Positions 36,089 to 46,845 are shown, numbered from the stretch's first letter. The stretch is DNA of 64,000 bases from an uncultured Pseudomonadaceae bacterium (GCA_937876625.1 CALEGN010000311.1:3454-67453), one strand, 5' to 3'. Notes: a model not told the origin generated them from the sequence alone. Numbers and translations are program-made.

Positions 36089-36649
36089 ATGACATGCCTT
36101 TCCCGGCCCCCGCTGATCGTGCTGGATCGCGACGGGGTGATCAACGAAGACTCCGATCATTACATCCGCTCCCCGGAACAATGGGTTCCCCTGCCGGGTG
36201 CACTGCAGGCCATTGCCCGGCTGAGCCAGGCCGGCTGGCAGGTGGCGGTGGCCACCAACCAGTCCGGGCTGGCCCGGGGCCTGTTCGATAGCACCGCCCT
36301 TGAGGCAATGCACGCCAAAATGCACCGGCTGGCCGAAGCCGAAGGCGGACGGATCGACCTGGTGGTGTATTGCCCCCATGGGCCAGACGAGTCCTGTGAC
36401 TGCCGCAAGCCGGCACCAGGCCTGTTCCGGGAAATTGCCCGGCACTTTGGCCGCCCGGACCTGCAGGGCGTGCCGGTCGTCGGTGACAGCCGGCGCGACC
36501 TGGAGGCCGGTCTGGCCCTGCAGGCCTTGCCCTTTCTGGTAAAAACCGGCAAAGGATTGCGTACCCTGGAACAGCCCCTGCCGGAAGGCACCCGGGTTTT
36601 TGCCAACCTGGCCGCCGTGGCGGACTGCCTGCTCGGCCCCTGCCCATGA
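36089..36649 (+). CDS. gmhB: D-glycero-beta-D-manno-heptose-1,7-bisphosphate 7-phosphatase
   Basis: HAD motif LDRDGVIN, then TNQSGLARG and CDCRKPAPGL as in E. coli GmhB. Confidence 0.9.
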   Translation: MTCLSRPPLIVLDRDGVINEDSDHYIRSPEQWVPLPGALQAIARLSQAGWQVAVATNQSGLARGLFDSTALEAMHAKMHRLAEAEGGRIDLVVYCPHGPDESCDCRKPAPGLFREIARHFGRPDLQGVPVVGDSRRDLEAGLALQALPFLVKTGKGLRTLEQPLPEGTRVFANLAAVADCLLGPCP

Positions 36650-37386
36650 GCCCGCTGTACCGGCTGCGGATTATCCTGCTGTACGCCTGGATCGCGGTGA
36701 GCGCGACACTCTGGTGCCTGGCTGGCAGCCTGCTGGCCCGCTTCCTGTCCCCGGCCGGCCGGACCCGGATGATTGCCTGGAGCTGGTGCTGGCTGACCGT
36801 GCGGGCCAGCCGCTGGCTGGTGGGCATCAACTATCAGGTGCAGGGACTGGAAAATATCCCGGCCCGGCCCTGTGTGATCCTGGCCAACCACCAGAGTGCC
36901 TGGGAAACCTTCTTTCTGACCGGCAGCTACTTTTCACCCCAGACTCAGGTGCTGAAACGCGAGCTGCTGGATATTCCCCTGTTTGGCTGGGCCATCCGCC
37001 TGACCAGCCCGATTGCCATTGACCGCCAGCAGCCCCGGCTGGCCCTGAAGCAGGTCGTCAGCCAGGGGCTGGAGCGGTTGCAGCAGGGGTTCTGGGTGCT
37101 GATTTTTCCGGAAGGCACCCGGCTGCCGGCAGGCCAGACCGGCCGCTTTTCCCGCAGTGGTGCGGCACTGGCCGCCCGGGCCGGGGTGCCCATTCTGCCT
37201 GTAGCCCATAATGCCGGCCATTTCTGGGCACAGAACGGAACCGGCAAGCAGCCGGGCACGATCCGGGTCATGATTGGCCCGCCCCTGTATCCGCAAGGTG
37301 ATGAGCCCCGGGCCATTGCCGAACTCAACCAGCGGGCCGAGGCCTGGATTACCGGTGCCGTACAGACCCTGGAAAACCGGCATTGA
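36646..37386 (+). CDS. plsC: 1-acyl-sn-glycerol-3-phosphate acyltransferase
   Basis: LPLAT motifs ANHQSAWE and FPEGTR, with an N-terminal TM segment. ATGA overlap with gmhB. Confidence 0.85.
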   Translation: MSPLYRLRIILLYAWIAVSATLWCLAGSLLARFLSPAGRTRMIAWSWCWLTVRASRWLVGINYQVQGLENIPARPCVILANHQSAWETFFLTGSYFSPQTQVLKRELLDIPLFGWAIRLTSPIAIDRQQPRLALKQVVSQGLERLQQGFWVLIFPEGTRLPAGQTGRFSRSGAALAARAGVPILPVAHNAGHFWAQNGTGKQPGTIRVMIGPPLYPQGDEPRAIAELNQRAEAWITGAVQTLENRH

Positions 37387-37433
37387 GGGCCGGTGACTGA
37401 GGAACCTGACCCTGTGGCCGAGGAGCCCCTATC

Positions 37434-38819
37434 GTGCAGCAGTTACAGCAGTTACAGCTTGAACAGCGGACCCGGGACTGGCATGCGCTGATTCACCAGA
37501 CCCCGGTGGCCGCCCGCAAGGCAGTCGCCCAGCTGGCCCGTCGCCACGCCGCCGAACTGGCCGGGCTGTTTTACCGGGCCATGCTCAGCAATCCGGCCTC
37601 GGCAGCTTTTCTCAGCCACGACCAGGTCAAGACCCGGCTGAGCCAGTCCATGAGCCAGTGGATTACCAGCCTGTTTTCCGCCACTTCCGGGGAAGAGCTG
37701 GAGCAGGTAATTACCCAGCAGAACATGATCGGCCAGATACACGCCCGGGTGGAAATTCCGGTCAGCCTGGTATTGCATGGTGGCCAGCTGCTAAAAATCC
37801 GGCTGGTTGACCTGATCGAGGAAGCCGGGCTGGACAGCCCGGTCCGCCGGGCAGCCAATGCCTATGCGACCGGGCTGATCAATCTGGCCCTGGAAATCAT
37901 GTGCCTGGCGTTTTCCCAGTCCCATGACCGGACCTCCCGGGCAGAAGAGGCCTACCGGCTGTTCTCCATCTCCCACAATATCGGCGTGGAAAAGGAGCGG
38001 CAGCGGGCCTCCCTGCTGGACTGGGAAAACCAGCTGATGTTTGAACTGGCCACCGGTGACTTCGCCAGTCACCAGACCAGCCTGGCCAGCTCCGAATTTG
38101 GCCTGTGGTTCCGCCACAAGGCGTCCCACGCCTTCCAGGGAGCCCCGGAAACAGCTGATATCCTGAGGCTGATTGATGAAACCGACCAGCTGCTGCCGCA
38201 GCTGGCCGCGCCCGGAATGATTGGCAGCGAACAGGGGGCCAGCCTGCTGTACCAGATCCGTGACCGGACCCGCTCCATCAAATACCTGCTTGACAGCCTG
38301 TTCGAGCAGGCCAGCGAGCTGGATGCCGGCCGCGACGTGCTGACCCACCTGCTGAACCGCAAGTTTCTGCCGGTGGTGATGGGCAAGGAGGTGGGCTACA
38401 GCCGCCAGAGTGGCCAGCCTTTTGCCGTGCTGGCGCTGGACGTGGACTACTTCAAGCAGATCAACGACACCTATGGCCATGGTGCCGGCGACCAGGTGCT
38501 GCAGCAGGTGGCCAGCATCCTGTCGGACAACACCCGGGGCGGGGACTATGCCTTCCGGCTGGGTGGTGAGGAGTTCCTGGTGATTCTGGTGGATATCAGC
38601 GCAGACCGGGCAATGATCATCGCCGAAAAGCTGCGCAAGACCATCGAGCAGGAGCCGTTCCGGGTGCTTGATCCGGAGCAGGTAATCCATCTGACCGTCA
38701 GCATCGGAGTCGCCCCCCATAATGGCCACCCCGATTACCACCAGCTGCTGCTGCGGGCAGATCAGGCGCTGTACAAGGCCAAATCCAGGGGGCGCAACTG
38801 CTGTGTGCTCAGCGAGTAA
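37434..38819 (+). CDS. Globin-coupled diguanylate cyclase (DosC-like)
   Basis: Collinear with E. coli DosC: sensor-globin N-terminus (…FYRAML..P.AAAFLSHDQVKTRL…IHARVEIPV…), middle domain (FGLWFRHKASH), and a GGDEF domain with GGEEF and NGHPDY. GTG start. Confidence 0.85.
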   Translation: MQQLQQLQLEQRTRDWHALIHQTPVAARKAVAQLARRHAAELAGLFYRAMLSNPASAAFLSHDQVKTRLSQSMSQWITSLFSATSGEELEQVITQQNMIGQIHARVEIPVSLVLHGGQLLKIRLVDLIEEAGLDSPVRRAANAYATGLINLALEIMCLAFSQSHDRTSRAEEAYRLFSISHNIGVEKERQRASLLDWENQLMFELATGDFASHQTSLASSEFGLWFRHKASHAFQGAPETADILRLIDETDQLLPQLAAPGMIGSEQGASLLYQIRDRTRSIKYLLDSLFEQASELDAGRDVLTHLLNRKFLPVVMGKEVGYSRQSGQPFAVLALDVDYFKQINDTYGHGAGDQVLQQVASILSDNTRGGDYAFRLGGEEFLVILVDISADRAMIIAEKLRKTIEQEPFRVLDPEQVIHLTVSIGVAPHNGHPDYHQLLLRADQALYKAKSRGRNCCVLSE

Positions 38820-38828
38820 GTGCCGTGC

Positions 38829-39779
38829 TCAGAACGTCATGGGCAGGGCCAGGGCAGGCTGCTGGCGGGCCAGCAGCCGCTGGTAAAACTCGTCCGGATT
38901 TTTGATCAGCACTTCCCGGCCCGCATGCTCCTGCACGGCCACCAGCCGGGACAGCCAGAAGCGCAGGCAGGCAATCCGCAGCATCTGCGGCCAGAGAGCC
39001 GCCTCGGCCAGCGTAAAGGGCCGCAGGGCCGAATAGGCTGCCAGCAGGGCCCGGGCCCGGGCCAGATCCAGCTGCTGCTCCGGAGTTGAACACCAGTCAT
39101 TCAGGGTAATGGCCAGGTCATAGAGCATTGGCCCGGAGCAGGCGTTATAAAAGTCGATGACTCCGGACAGGTGCGGACCATCAAACAGGACATTGTCCAG
39201 AAACAGATCCGCATGCAGGTTGGCCCGGGGCAGCTCCTCCAGCCGGTCCAGCAGGGCTTCGGCCTCCTGCAGGACCGCCCGCAGGGCCGGCAGCTGTGTT
39301 TCCGGCAGGGAGAGCGCCTGCAGGGCGCCCTCACGCAGCATCCAGGCCAGGCCACGATCACTGGGCCGCTCGAGGATCTGCTCCCGGGTCGCCCGGTGCA
39401 GCCGGGCCAGCAGGCGCCCAACCTCGGCACAGTGATGCAGGTTGGGCTGGTCAATATGGGCTCCCGGCAGGCGGGGCTGCAGCAGCGCCGGCCGGTCGGC
39501 CAGCCGGCGCAGGGTGCAGCCCTCACTGTCGGCAATGGCGTAAGGCACCGGCAGACCGGCCTGGTGCAAAACCTCCAGCAGGCTGACAAAAAACGGCAGA
39601 TCGTCCACAGGCCCCCGTTCCACGAGGGTCAGGACAAACTCCCCCTGCTCCAGACTGACAAAAAAATTGCTGTTTTCACTGCCTGCAGCAATCCCCTGGA
39701 AACCGAGCAGGCGACCCAGCCGGTAGGGAGCAAGAAAGGCTTCGAGTTCGTGGCGTTCCAGCGGCGTAAATACGGACAT
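38829..39779 (-). CDS. thrB: Homoserine kinase (APH-fold, Pseudomonas-type ThrB)
   Basis: MSVFTPLERHELEAFLAPYRLGRLLGFQGIAAGSENSNFFV and a catalytic NLHADLFLDNVLF block. 316 aa. Confidence 0.9.
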   Translation of the reverse strand: MSVFTPLERHELEAFLAPYRLGRLLGFQGIAAGSENSNFFVSLEQGEFVLTLVERGPVDDLPFFVSLLEVLHQAGLPVPYAIADSEGCTLRRLADRPALLQPRLPGAHIDQPNLHHCAEVGRLLARLHRATREQILERPSDRGLAWMLREGALQALSLPETQLPALRAVLQEAEALLDRLEELPRANLHADLFLDNVLFDGPHLSGVIDFYNACSGPMLYDLAITLNDWCSTPEQQLDLARARALLAAYSALRPFTLAEAALWPQMLRIACLRFWLSRLVAVQEHAGREVLIKNPDEFYQRLLARQQPALALPMTF

Positions 39780-39789
39780 AAAAGGGTTC

Positions 39790-40128
39790 TTACCAACTGA
39801 AGAGTTTCCAGGCCGGAATCAGCATGCCGGGCTGTTCGGAGTGAAAAAAATTGTTATCCCCGTCAGAACGCACCAGAAAATAGGGCTTGCCTATCCCGGG
39901 CGTAACCTTGACGGCATACAGCACGCCGTTCAGGCGGTATTCCTCGATCCGGCGGTCACCCTCCTGGCGGATGGTCACCTCCGGAGTCCCGGCAGATTCC
40001 GATTGTTGCGGCTGACCCGCCGGCGCATCCGGTTCAAAGGTCGGCAGCTGCTGTTCCTGGGCCTGGAGCGGCAGCAGCACGGCAGCAGCCAGCAGGCTGG
40101 CCAGGGTCCAGAGTCGGAAGGCGCGCAT
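39790..40128 (-). CDS. DUF2782-type periplasmic protein
   Basis: Signal peptide [19 protein letters not shown], then [35 protein letters not shown]. Sits between thrB and polA as in Pseudomonas. Start chosen at the internal ATG 40128. Confidence 0.7.
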   Translation of the reverse strand: MRAFRLWTLASLLAAAVLLPLQAQEQQLPTFEPDAPAGQPQQSESAGTPEVTIRQEGDRRIEEYRLNGVLYAVKVTPGIGKPYFLVRSDGDNNFFHSEQPGMLIPAWKLFSW

Positions 40129-40198
40129 GCTACCCTTGCTCCTTTGTCTGAGTGGTTCCGGCATTTTAGCGCCGGACCTGCGGAAAAGGTTGATTCCC

Positions 40199-42907
40199 AT
40201 GAGCCATGCGCCCCTCGTCCTGGTGGACGGTTCCTCTTACCTGTATCGCGCCTTCCATGCCCTGCCAGCACTGACGACCTCCACGGGGCAGCCGACCGGG
40301 GCCGTCAAGGGTGTGCTGAACATGCTGCGGGCCCTGCGCCGCCAGTACCCGGACAGTCCCTTTGCCGTGGTCTTTGATGCCGGTGGAAAAACGTTCCGGG
40401 ACGAGCTGTTCGAGAACTACAAAGCCCACCGTCCTCCCATGCCCGACGAGCTGCAGGCCCAGATCGGCCCGCTGCATGCCTGCATCCGGGCACTGGGCCT
40501 GCCCCTGCTGTGTGTCGGGGGGGTTGAGGCCGATGATGTGATCGGCACCCTGGCTCGCCGTCAGGCGGATCTGGGGCAGGACGTGGTGATTTCCACCGGG
40601 GACAAGGACATGGCCCAGCTGGTCTGTCCCCGGGTCTGTCTGGTCAATACCATGACCGGCACGGTCTATGACCGCGAACAGGTTATCCACAAGTTTGGCG
40701 TGCCACCGGAACGGATCATCGACTTTCTGGCCCTGATGGGCGACAAGTCGGACAATATTCCCGGGGTTCCCGGCGTTGGTGAAAAAACCGCCTGCGCCCT
40801 GCTGAACGGTATTGAGGGTGGACTGAAAGGTCTGTACGCCCACCTGGACCAGGTGGCCGGCCTGCCCGTCCGGGGGGCGAAATCATTGGGTGCCCGGCTG
40901 GAAGCGCACCGTGACGCAGCCTTCCTCTCCTACCGGCTGGCCACCATCCGACTGGATGTCCCGCTGGAGCTGGCGCCCGGGGCCCTGCAGCCCGCCGAAC
41001 CGGACCACCCGGCTCTCCGCCAGCTGTATCAGACACTGGAATTTCAAGGCTGGCTGGACGAACTGCAGGACCGTGATTTACCCGCAGCGCCCCCCAATAA
41101 AACCGGCTATGACCTGATTCTCGACCAGCCCGCCCTCAATCGCTGGCTGGCGCGGCTGACGCAGGCCGACTGCTTTGCCCTGGATACTGAAACCACCAGT
41201 ACCGATGCCCTGCAGGCGGAGCTGGTCGGCCTGTCCTTTGCCATTGAACCGGGCGAGGCGGCCTATCTGCCCCTGAATCACCGCTATCTGGATGCCCCCG
41301 CCCAGCTGGAGCAGGCCCCGGTACTGGCGGCCCTGAAACCCCTGCTGGAAGATCCGCAACGGGGCAAGATCTTCCAGAATGCCAAGTACGACCTGCACAT
41401 CCTGTCCCGCCATGGCATCTGCGTGGCCGGGCCGCTGCAGGATACCCTGCTGGAATCCTATGTACTGGACAGCACCTCGGCCCATGACCTGGACAGTCTG
41501 GCCCAGCGGCATCTGGGTCTGGCAACCCTCCGTTACGAAGACGTGGCCGGAAAGGGCAGCAAGCAGCTGCGCTTTGACCAGGTAGCCCTGGAACAGGCTG
41601 GCCCCTATGCCGCCGAAGATGCGGACGTCACCCTGCAGCTGCACCGGACCCTGTGGCCAAAGCTGCAGGCCGAGCCCGGGCTGGCCAGCGTGCTGACAGA
41701 CATCGAACTGCCACTGATGCCCGTCCTGGCCCGGATGGAGCGCCAGGGGGCGCTGGTGGATGCCGGATTGCTGCAGATCCAGAGCCGGGAGCTCGGCGAA
41801 AAATTGCAGGCACTGGCCGGACAGGCTTACCAGCTGGCCGGTGAAACCTTCAATCTGGCTTCACCCAAACAGCTGGGCAACATCCTGTATGAAAAACTGG
41901 GCTATCCGGTACGGGCCAAAACCAGCGGTGGCCAGCCCTCAACTGCCGAGCGGGTTCTGGTGGAGCTGGCCGAGCAGGGCTATCCCCTGCCGGAAGTGCT
42001 GCTGGAATACCGCAGCCTGAGCAAGCTCAAGGGCACCTATACAGACCGGCTGCCCCAGCAGATCAACCCGCAGACCGGGCGCATCCACACCCGCTACCAG
42101 CAGGCCGTGACCGCCACCGGACGGCTGTCCTCCAGCGATCCCAACCTGCAGAACATTCCGGTACGCACCGCCGAAGGCCGGCGCATCCGCCAGGCCTTTA
42201 TCGCCCCGGAAGGCTACCGGCTGATTTCCGCCGACTATTCCCAGATCGAGCTGCGGATCATGGCCCATCTGGCTGAAGACAGCGGCCTGCTGCAGGCCTT
42301 TCACGACGGGCTGGACATCCACCAGGCCACGGCTGCCGAGGTGCTGGACCTGCCTCTGGCCCAGGTCACTCCGGAACAGCGCCGGCAGGCCAAAGCCATC
42401 AACTTTGGCCTGATCTATGGCATGAGCGATTTCGGGCTGGCCCGGCAGACGGGCCTGAGCCGCCAGGACGCCCGGGCCTATATCGAACGCTATTTCAGCC
42501 GCTACCCGGGCGTTCAGGCCTATATGGAGCGGATCCGCCAGCAGGCGGCCAGCCAGGGGTATGTCGAAACCCTGTTTGGCCGGCGCCTGTATCTGCCGGA
42601 CATCCGGGCCAAAAACGCCAACCTGCGCAAGGCCGCCGAGCGGACAGCCATCAACGCCCCCATGCAGGGAACCGCCGCAGATATCATCAAGCGGGCGATG
42701 ATCCAGGTTGACCAGTGGCTGGCCCGGAGCGGCCTGGAGGCCCGGATGATCCTTCAGGTCCATGATGAACTGGTGCTGGAGGTGCGGGAAGACCTGCTGG
42801 ACGAAGTCGGTCCGCAGCTGGCCAGCCTGATGGGCCAGGCAGCCCGTCTGGCCGTACCCCTGCTGGTACAGACCGGTACTGGCCAGAACTGGGATGAGGC
42901 CCACTGA
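40199..42907 (+). CDS. polA: DNA polymerase I
   Basis: 5'-nuclease N-terminus ([17 protein letters not shown]), 3'-5' exonuclease (FALDTETTS), and polymerase motifs ([34 protein letters not shown]). Start at MSHAPL, not the upstream ORF extension. Confidence 0.97.
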   Translation: MSHAPLVLVDGSSYLYRAFHALPALTTSTGQPTGAVKGVLNMLRALRRQYPDSPFAVVFDAGGKTFRDELFENYKAHRPPMPDELQAQIGPLHACIRALGLPLLCVGGVEADDVIGTLARRQADLGQDVVISTGDKDMAQLVCPRVCLVNTMTGTVYDREQVIHKFGVPPERIIDFLALMGDKSDNIPGVPGVGEKTACALLNGIEGGLKGLYAHLDQVAGLPVRGAKSLGARLEAHRDAAFLSYRLATIRLDVPLELAPGALQPAEPDHPALRQLYQTLEFQGWLDELQDRDLPAAPPNKTGYDLILDQPALNRWLARLTQADCFALDTETTSTDALQAELVGLSFAIEPGEAAYLPLNHRYLDAPAQLEQAPVLAALKPLLEDPQRGKIFQNAKYDLHILSRHGICVAGPLQDTLLESYVLDSTSAHDLDSLAQRHLGLATLRYEDVAGKGSKQLRFDQVALEQAGPYAAEDADVTLQLHRTLWPKLQAEPGLASVLTDIELPLMPVLARMERQGALVDAGLLQIQSRELGEKLQALAGQAYQLAGETFNLASPKQLGNILYEKLGYPVRAKTSGGQPSTAERVLVELAEQGYPLPEVLLEYRSLSKLKGTYTDRLPQQINPQTGRIHTRYQQAVTATGRLSSSDPNLQNIPVRTAEGRRIRQAFIAPEGYRLISADYSQIELRIMAHLAEDSGLLQAFHDGLDIHQATAAEVLDLPLAQVTPEQRRQAKAINFGLIYGMSDFGLARQTGLSRQDARAYIERYFSRYPGVQAYMERIRQQAASQGYVETLFGRRLYLPDIRAKNANLRKAAERTAINAPMQGTAADIIKRAMIQVDQWLARSGLEARMILQVHDELVLEVREDLLDEVGPQLASLMGQAARLAVPLLVQTGTGQNWDEAH

Positions 42908-42932
42908 ACCTGTCCGGACAGAGTTCGTCTTT

Positions 42933-42959
42933 GAACTAACGACAAAAATGTGTATCTTA
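42933..42959 (+). promoter_or_regulatory. Candidate sigmaE/AlgU-type promoter
   Basis: GAACTA (42933-42938), 16-nt spacer, TCTTA (42955-42959), against the consensus GAACTT-N16/17-TCtgA. Confidence 0.4.
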
Positions 42960-42965
42960 CCGTCA

Positions 42966-43097
42966 GGCAGGTCACAGACCTGCTAGATGCTCCTTGTTGT
43001 GTCATGTGTTGGCAGATCCCTGAATCCCTGAAAACGGGCTTCCTGGATTTAAACCCCGGACTTCTCCCTCCCCCTCCTATGAAGTTCGGGTTTTTTT
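42966..43097 (+). ncRNA. Candidate ErsA/Spot42-like sRNA downstream of polA (about 130 nt)
   Basis: 5' stem-loop GCAGGTC-ACA-GACCTGC (42967-42983). 3' terminator CCCCGGACTTC...GAAGTTCGGG followed by TTTTTTT (43054-43097). No convincing CDS. The position matches spf in E. coli and ErsA in P. aeruginosa. Confidence 0.45.
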
Positions 43098-43199
43098 ATG
43101 ACCAGGCTCCACAGGAGCTGATCCACCTGGCTGGCACAACAAAAGCGGTACAGCTCCGGCATTTTCCGGAAAGCCGTACACTGACGACGGAACTCCGTT

Positions 43200-44306
43200 A
43201 TGGATCAATCCAGTGCTGCCCCCCACCGCCCGGGTCCTGTCACCCTGCCCGCCAGATTCCGCCGCCATTCGGTCAGCAATGGCCTGATTCTGGTCATCAG
43301 TCTGGTCGTAGTGGCCTTTGTCGCCCTGATTGCTACCACCCTGATCATTTCCCGTGACGGAGCCCAGTACGCCACCCTGATCAATGAAACCGGCAAGATC
43401 CGCGGCGGTACCCAGCGGATTGCCAAACTGGAACTGGCCAGGCAGGGCAATGATTCATTGATTGAACAGATGGAACTGCGCCTGCAGACCGTAGCCAGCC
43501 TCAATGACAGCCTGCTCCTGAAGACTCCGGGATTCTCCAGGCTATGCCGTCAGCTGGACACTTACCGGACTTACTGGGACCGTCTCCGGGAGGATATCCG
43601 GCAATTCCGCCAGCCCCCGCATACGCCGGACCGGCTGCTCAGTGACAGTGAAACGATGTGGGCGCTGGCCAACGAAATGGTCGGGCTGGCCGAAGAAAAC
43701 TCCCATTACGATATTTACCTCTATTACACCCTGGCGGCAGTGGGTGCCCTGGGCGTGCTCTGTCTGCTGCTGGTCCTGGTCGTCACCAAAGTGTATGTAC
43801 GGGACCGGATTGAATATCTGGCAGATCATGATCCCCTGACCGGCCTGTATAACCGTTACTACTTTGAACAGGCTTTCGAGCGGATCTGGCTGGCAGCCCA
43901 GCGCGGCCAGCCGCCCTTTGCCGTGATGATCTGCGACATCGACCACTTCAAGCGGGTCAATGACCGTTTTGGCCATGATGCCGGCGATACGGTCCTGGAG
44001 GGCGTCGCCCGGACCCTGCGGGAAACGGCCCGCCGTACCGACCTGATTGCCCGCCAGGGCGGAGAGGAATTTGTGGTGCTGGCCATGGATCTCCGGCCAG
44101 AGACCAGCTTTTTTTATGCCGAGCGGCTCCGGCTGGCGGTAGCCAGCCAGAGCTTCCTGGAGGGCCTCCAGGTAACCATCAGCATCGGCATTGCCTGCTA
44201 CAGCCCGGGCCTGGACCGGAAAGCACTGCTGAAACAGGCCGATGAGGCCCTGTATCAGGCCAAAAACAGCGGCCGCAACTGTATCCGGGGCAGCTCAGGG
44301 CAATAG
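43200..44306 (+). CDS. Membrane diguanylate cyclase with PilJ/NarX-type periplasmic sensor
   Basis: TM segment, then INETGKIRGGTQRIAKLEL (a PilJ/type IV pili MCP N-terminal-like motif), a second TM segment, and a GGDEF domain with GGEEF. Confidence 0.85.
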   Translation: MDQSSAAPHRPGPVTLPARFRRHSVSNGLILVISLVVVAFVALIATTLIISRDGAQYATLINETGKIRGGTQRIAKLELARQGNDSLIEQMELRLQTVASLNDSLLLKTPGFSRLCRQLDTYRTYWDRLREDIRQFRQPPHTPDRLLSDSETMWALANEMVGLAEENSHYDIYLYYTLAAVGALGVLCLLLVLVVTKVYVRDRIEYLADHDPLTGLYNRYYFEQAFERIWLAAQRGQPPFAVMICDIDHFKRVNDRFGHDAGDTVLEGVARTLRETARRTDLIARQGGEEFVVLAMDLRPETSFFYAERLRLAVASQSFLEGLQVTISIGIACYSPGLDRKALLKQADEALYQAKNSGRNCIRGSSGQ

Positions 44307-46208
44307 CAGCCCACCACTGGCCCGGTGCAGGGCCCGCAAGTGCTGGCCAAGCCAGGCCTGATTGGCCTCGGTAGCCTCCAGCTCAGCCCGGCGCCCGGCG
44401 GGCAGCAGCTGGCGCAACTGCTGGTCCAGACGGGCGGACAAGTGCTGCAGGCGAGCCTGGCGCTGGCGGCTTTCCTGCTCGACCCGGCTCCACTCTCCGG
44501 ACAGGGGAATCCCGTAACCCTGTCCCTCCAGCAGCCCGGCCGGGCGGCTCAGGTAACCACTGTTGGCCAGCATGGCCCGCAGGGTCTGGTCGGCACCGGC
44601 CAGCTCCGGGCTGTTTTCCTCCAGATAGCGGCGCTTGAGCTCATCACGCCCCAGCAGGATCTGCCGCAGCTGGGCCGCCTGCTCCAGCAGCAACAGGGCC
44701 GCCGCTGCCTGCAGGTCAGCCCGGGCAAACCAGGCACGCCGGGCTCCGGCAGCCTGGGCCAGCCAGTCCTCGACCCGGCGCTGGGGCACCGCCAGCCGCT
44801 GGCGGATCACCTCAAACATGGCCTGGTAACGCTCGCGCCAGGAGTCAAAACGGTAGCCCAGCCGCAGGGCCTCGCGGGGATCATCCAGCACCCGGCTGTC
44901 GGCCAGCCCCCGCCGGACCAGCAGATCCAGCAGGCCACTGGGGGTAATGGTTTCCAGAGCAGCCATGCGGTCACTGCCCGTTCCGGCCCGCAGCAGGGCC
45001 AGGGTTTCCACGGCACAGTTATTGGACAGGAAATAGTAGCGGCCGTCATAGCCCCAGTGCAGTTCAACACTGCGCTCGACCAGCTGGCGCCGCTGCAGGG
45101 GGGACAGCTGCAGCGGCACTGATACCAGTCCACGCAGTTCCATTTTGGTGTATTCGTCAATCACCTGGCCCAAGGGCAGGACAAACAGCCGGGAAGGATA
45201 GTCCCCGGTCAGTCCGCGCCAGCTGGACAGCTGCACATCATCAACAAAGGCCCGGAAAGACAGCACCAGATGCTGGTCCAGATCCAGCCGGCAGTCCGGC
45301 CCGGGCGGGCGGTCCGGGGCACAGATCACCAGACGCAGCATGCTGTGGCCCCAGTGACTGGCCCACTCATCGTTGCCCTCGGCAAACAGGTAATCCACGG
45401 CATAGACCTGTTCCGGCCGGATCTGCCGCAGCGGTGGCTGGCTGAAGTCATGCCCGGCATCCAGTACCGGCAGGGTTGCCGCACAGGACCAGGCCGGAGG
45501 TGACCAGGCAAAATGCTGGCGAAAATAGCGGTACAGCGCCGGCCGGCGACAGGCATAAGCCGGGTCCAGCAGAAAATACTCCAGATTGACCGCCACAAAC
45601 TCCCGGGGACTGTCCAGCTCATAAGGGTCCGGGCTGCGGGCTACCAGGCCGTTCCAGGGCTCACGCTCACCCCGACCGCCCATGCGCCGGGGCCAGCCGG
45701 CCAGATCCAGCAGGCGGGGATCGTCACTCAGGGTAAAGCGCCGGGCGGTCTGGCCCTGACAGTCGCGGGCCAGCCCGGCCAGGCCCAGACGGGTGGCCAG
45801 CTGGCTGCAGCGGTTCAGGCGGGCCCGGGTCTCTGCCGGCCACAGAGCGGCCCGGTCATAAAAATGCACCAGCTCATGCAGCAGGGTAGCCAGCAGCAGA
45901 TGGCCCGGCCCGGCCTGCCCCTCCACCAGGGCCGGCAGGAACTGGCGGTTCAGTGCCAGACTGTATGGCCCGGCCCGGCCATACAGTTCAGCAGGCCAGC
46001 CGGCCTGCCAGTGTACCGGAATGGCCCGATCCAGCTGCTGGACAAAACGGGGTGGCAGCCTGTCCAGTGCCCTGCCCAGCAGCTGCTGGCTGGCCTGGCG
46101 CTCCGCCGGTGTCAGACCGGGGGCCTCCAGTACCAGTTGCAACCCGGCCATGGCCGGACTGGCCAGCAGCAGAAGCCCCAGTATCAGCCCGGCCCGGCCA
46201 CCGCTCAC
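44295..46208 (-). CDS. Secreted DUF4105-type (Lnb N-terminal-like) protein
   Basis: Signal peptide, 637 aa, WGHSMLRLV block typical of DUF4105. Function unknown. Confidence 0.7.
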   Translation of the reverse strand: MSGGRAGLILGLLLLASPAMAGLQLVLEAPGLTPAERQASQQLLGRALDRLPPRFVQQLDRAIPVHWQAGWPAELYGRAGPYSLALNRQFLPALVEGQAGPGHLLLATLLHELVHFYDRAALWPAETRARLNRCSQLATRLGLAGLARDCQGQTARRFTLSDDPRLLDLAGWPRRMGGRGEREPWNGLVARSPDPYELDSPREFVAVNLEYFLLDPAYACRRPALYRYFRQHFAWSPPAWSCAATLPVLDAGHDFSQPPLRQIRPEQVYAVDYLFAEGNDEWASHWGHSMLRLVICAPDRPPGPDCRLDLDQHLVLSFRAFVDDVQLSSWRGLTGDYPSRLFVLPLGQVIDEYTKMELRGLVSVPLQLSPLQRRQLVERSVELHWGYDGRYYFLSNNCAVETLALLRAGTGSDRMAALETITPSGLLDLLVRRGLADSRVLDDPREALRLGYRFDSWRERYQAMFEVIRQRLAVPQRRVEDWLAQAAGARRAWFARADLQAAAALLLLEQAAQLRQILLGRDELKRRYLEENSPELAGADQTLRAMLANSGYLSRPAGLLEGQGYGIPLSGEWSRVEQESRQRQARLQHLSARLDQQLRQLLPAGRRAELEATEANQAWLGQHLRALHRASGGLLLP

Positions 46209-46510
46209 AGGGCCAGAATGCTTCCGGCCAGCGCCAGATCACTGGCCTCTCGGGCTTCGGGGAAACGGCCGCGCAGGGCCTGGAAGGCTGCCTCAAGCCG
46301 GGCCCCCCGGATGGCGCCGTTGCTGGCCACAAAGCTGGCCGCTTCGTCCCGGGCCTCCACCAGCATTTTCATGTCCCGGGCCGAGGTGGTGGTATCCGAG
46401 GTGAAGTCCAGACTGCGGTCGGTATAGCGGGTCGACATGTTGAACACATGTTCGACGCTTCGGGCCTGGGCCAGGCCGGGCCCCAGAACCAGCAGGGCCA
46501 GGCCGATCAT
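46205..46510 (-). CDS. DUF2388 secreted protein, paralog 1
   Basis: Signal peptide MIGLALLVLGPGLAQA and EAASFVASNGAIRGARLEAAFQALR. Start moved to ATG 46510 to avoid overlapping paralog 2. Confidence 0.75.
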   Translation of the reverse strand: MIGLALLVLGPGLAQARSVEHVFNMSTRYTDRSLDFTSDTTTSARDMKMLVEARDEAASFVASNGAIRGARLEAAFQALRGRFPEAREASDLALAGSILAL

Positions 46511-46512
46511 TT

Positions 46513-46845
46513 TCAGGGTACGCAAGAACAGCACTCCTTGGGTGAACAAACTGAAGAAAGCAGGGTCCGGGCCAGTTGCAGGTCATCTCTGGCGGCCAGC
46601 CCCTCCCGGGCCCGCAGGCCACGCAGGGCGGCCTCCAGCCGGGCAGTACGGATCCGCCCCGCACTGGCCACAAAGCTGGCCGCATCATCCCTGGCGCTGG
46701 CCAGCAGGCGCCGCTCAAAAGGCGTACTGGTTATCTTGCTGCTGACATACAGGGTTTTGACCGTTCCTTCAGTGAGGCTGTCAAAGGCCTGCCCGGAAGA
46801 CACCAGCGTCCCCCAGAGCAGCGGAACCAGAACAAGCAGACGCAT
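46513..46845 (-). CDS. DUF2388 secreted protein, paralog 2
   Basis: Signal peptide MRLLVLVPLLWGTLVSSGQA and DAASFVASAGRIRTARLEAALRGLR. Confidence 0.75.
   Translation of the reverse strand: MRLLVLVPLLWGTLVSSGQAFDSLTEGTVKTLYVSSKITSTPFERRLLASARDDAASFVASAGRIRTARLEAALRGLRAREGLAARDDLQLARTLLSSVCSPKECCSCVP

Noticed and set aside
42950-43357. 135-aa ORF spanning the polA downstream intergenic region and overlapping the next gene.
   Set aside because: It has no SD sequence and an odd composition. It runs through a strong rho-independent terminator and into the start of the diguanylate cyclase gene. The region is better explained as an sRNA plus the 5' UTR.
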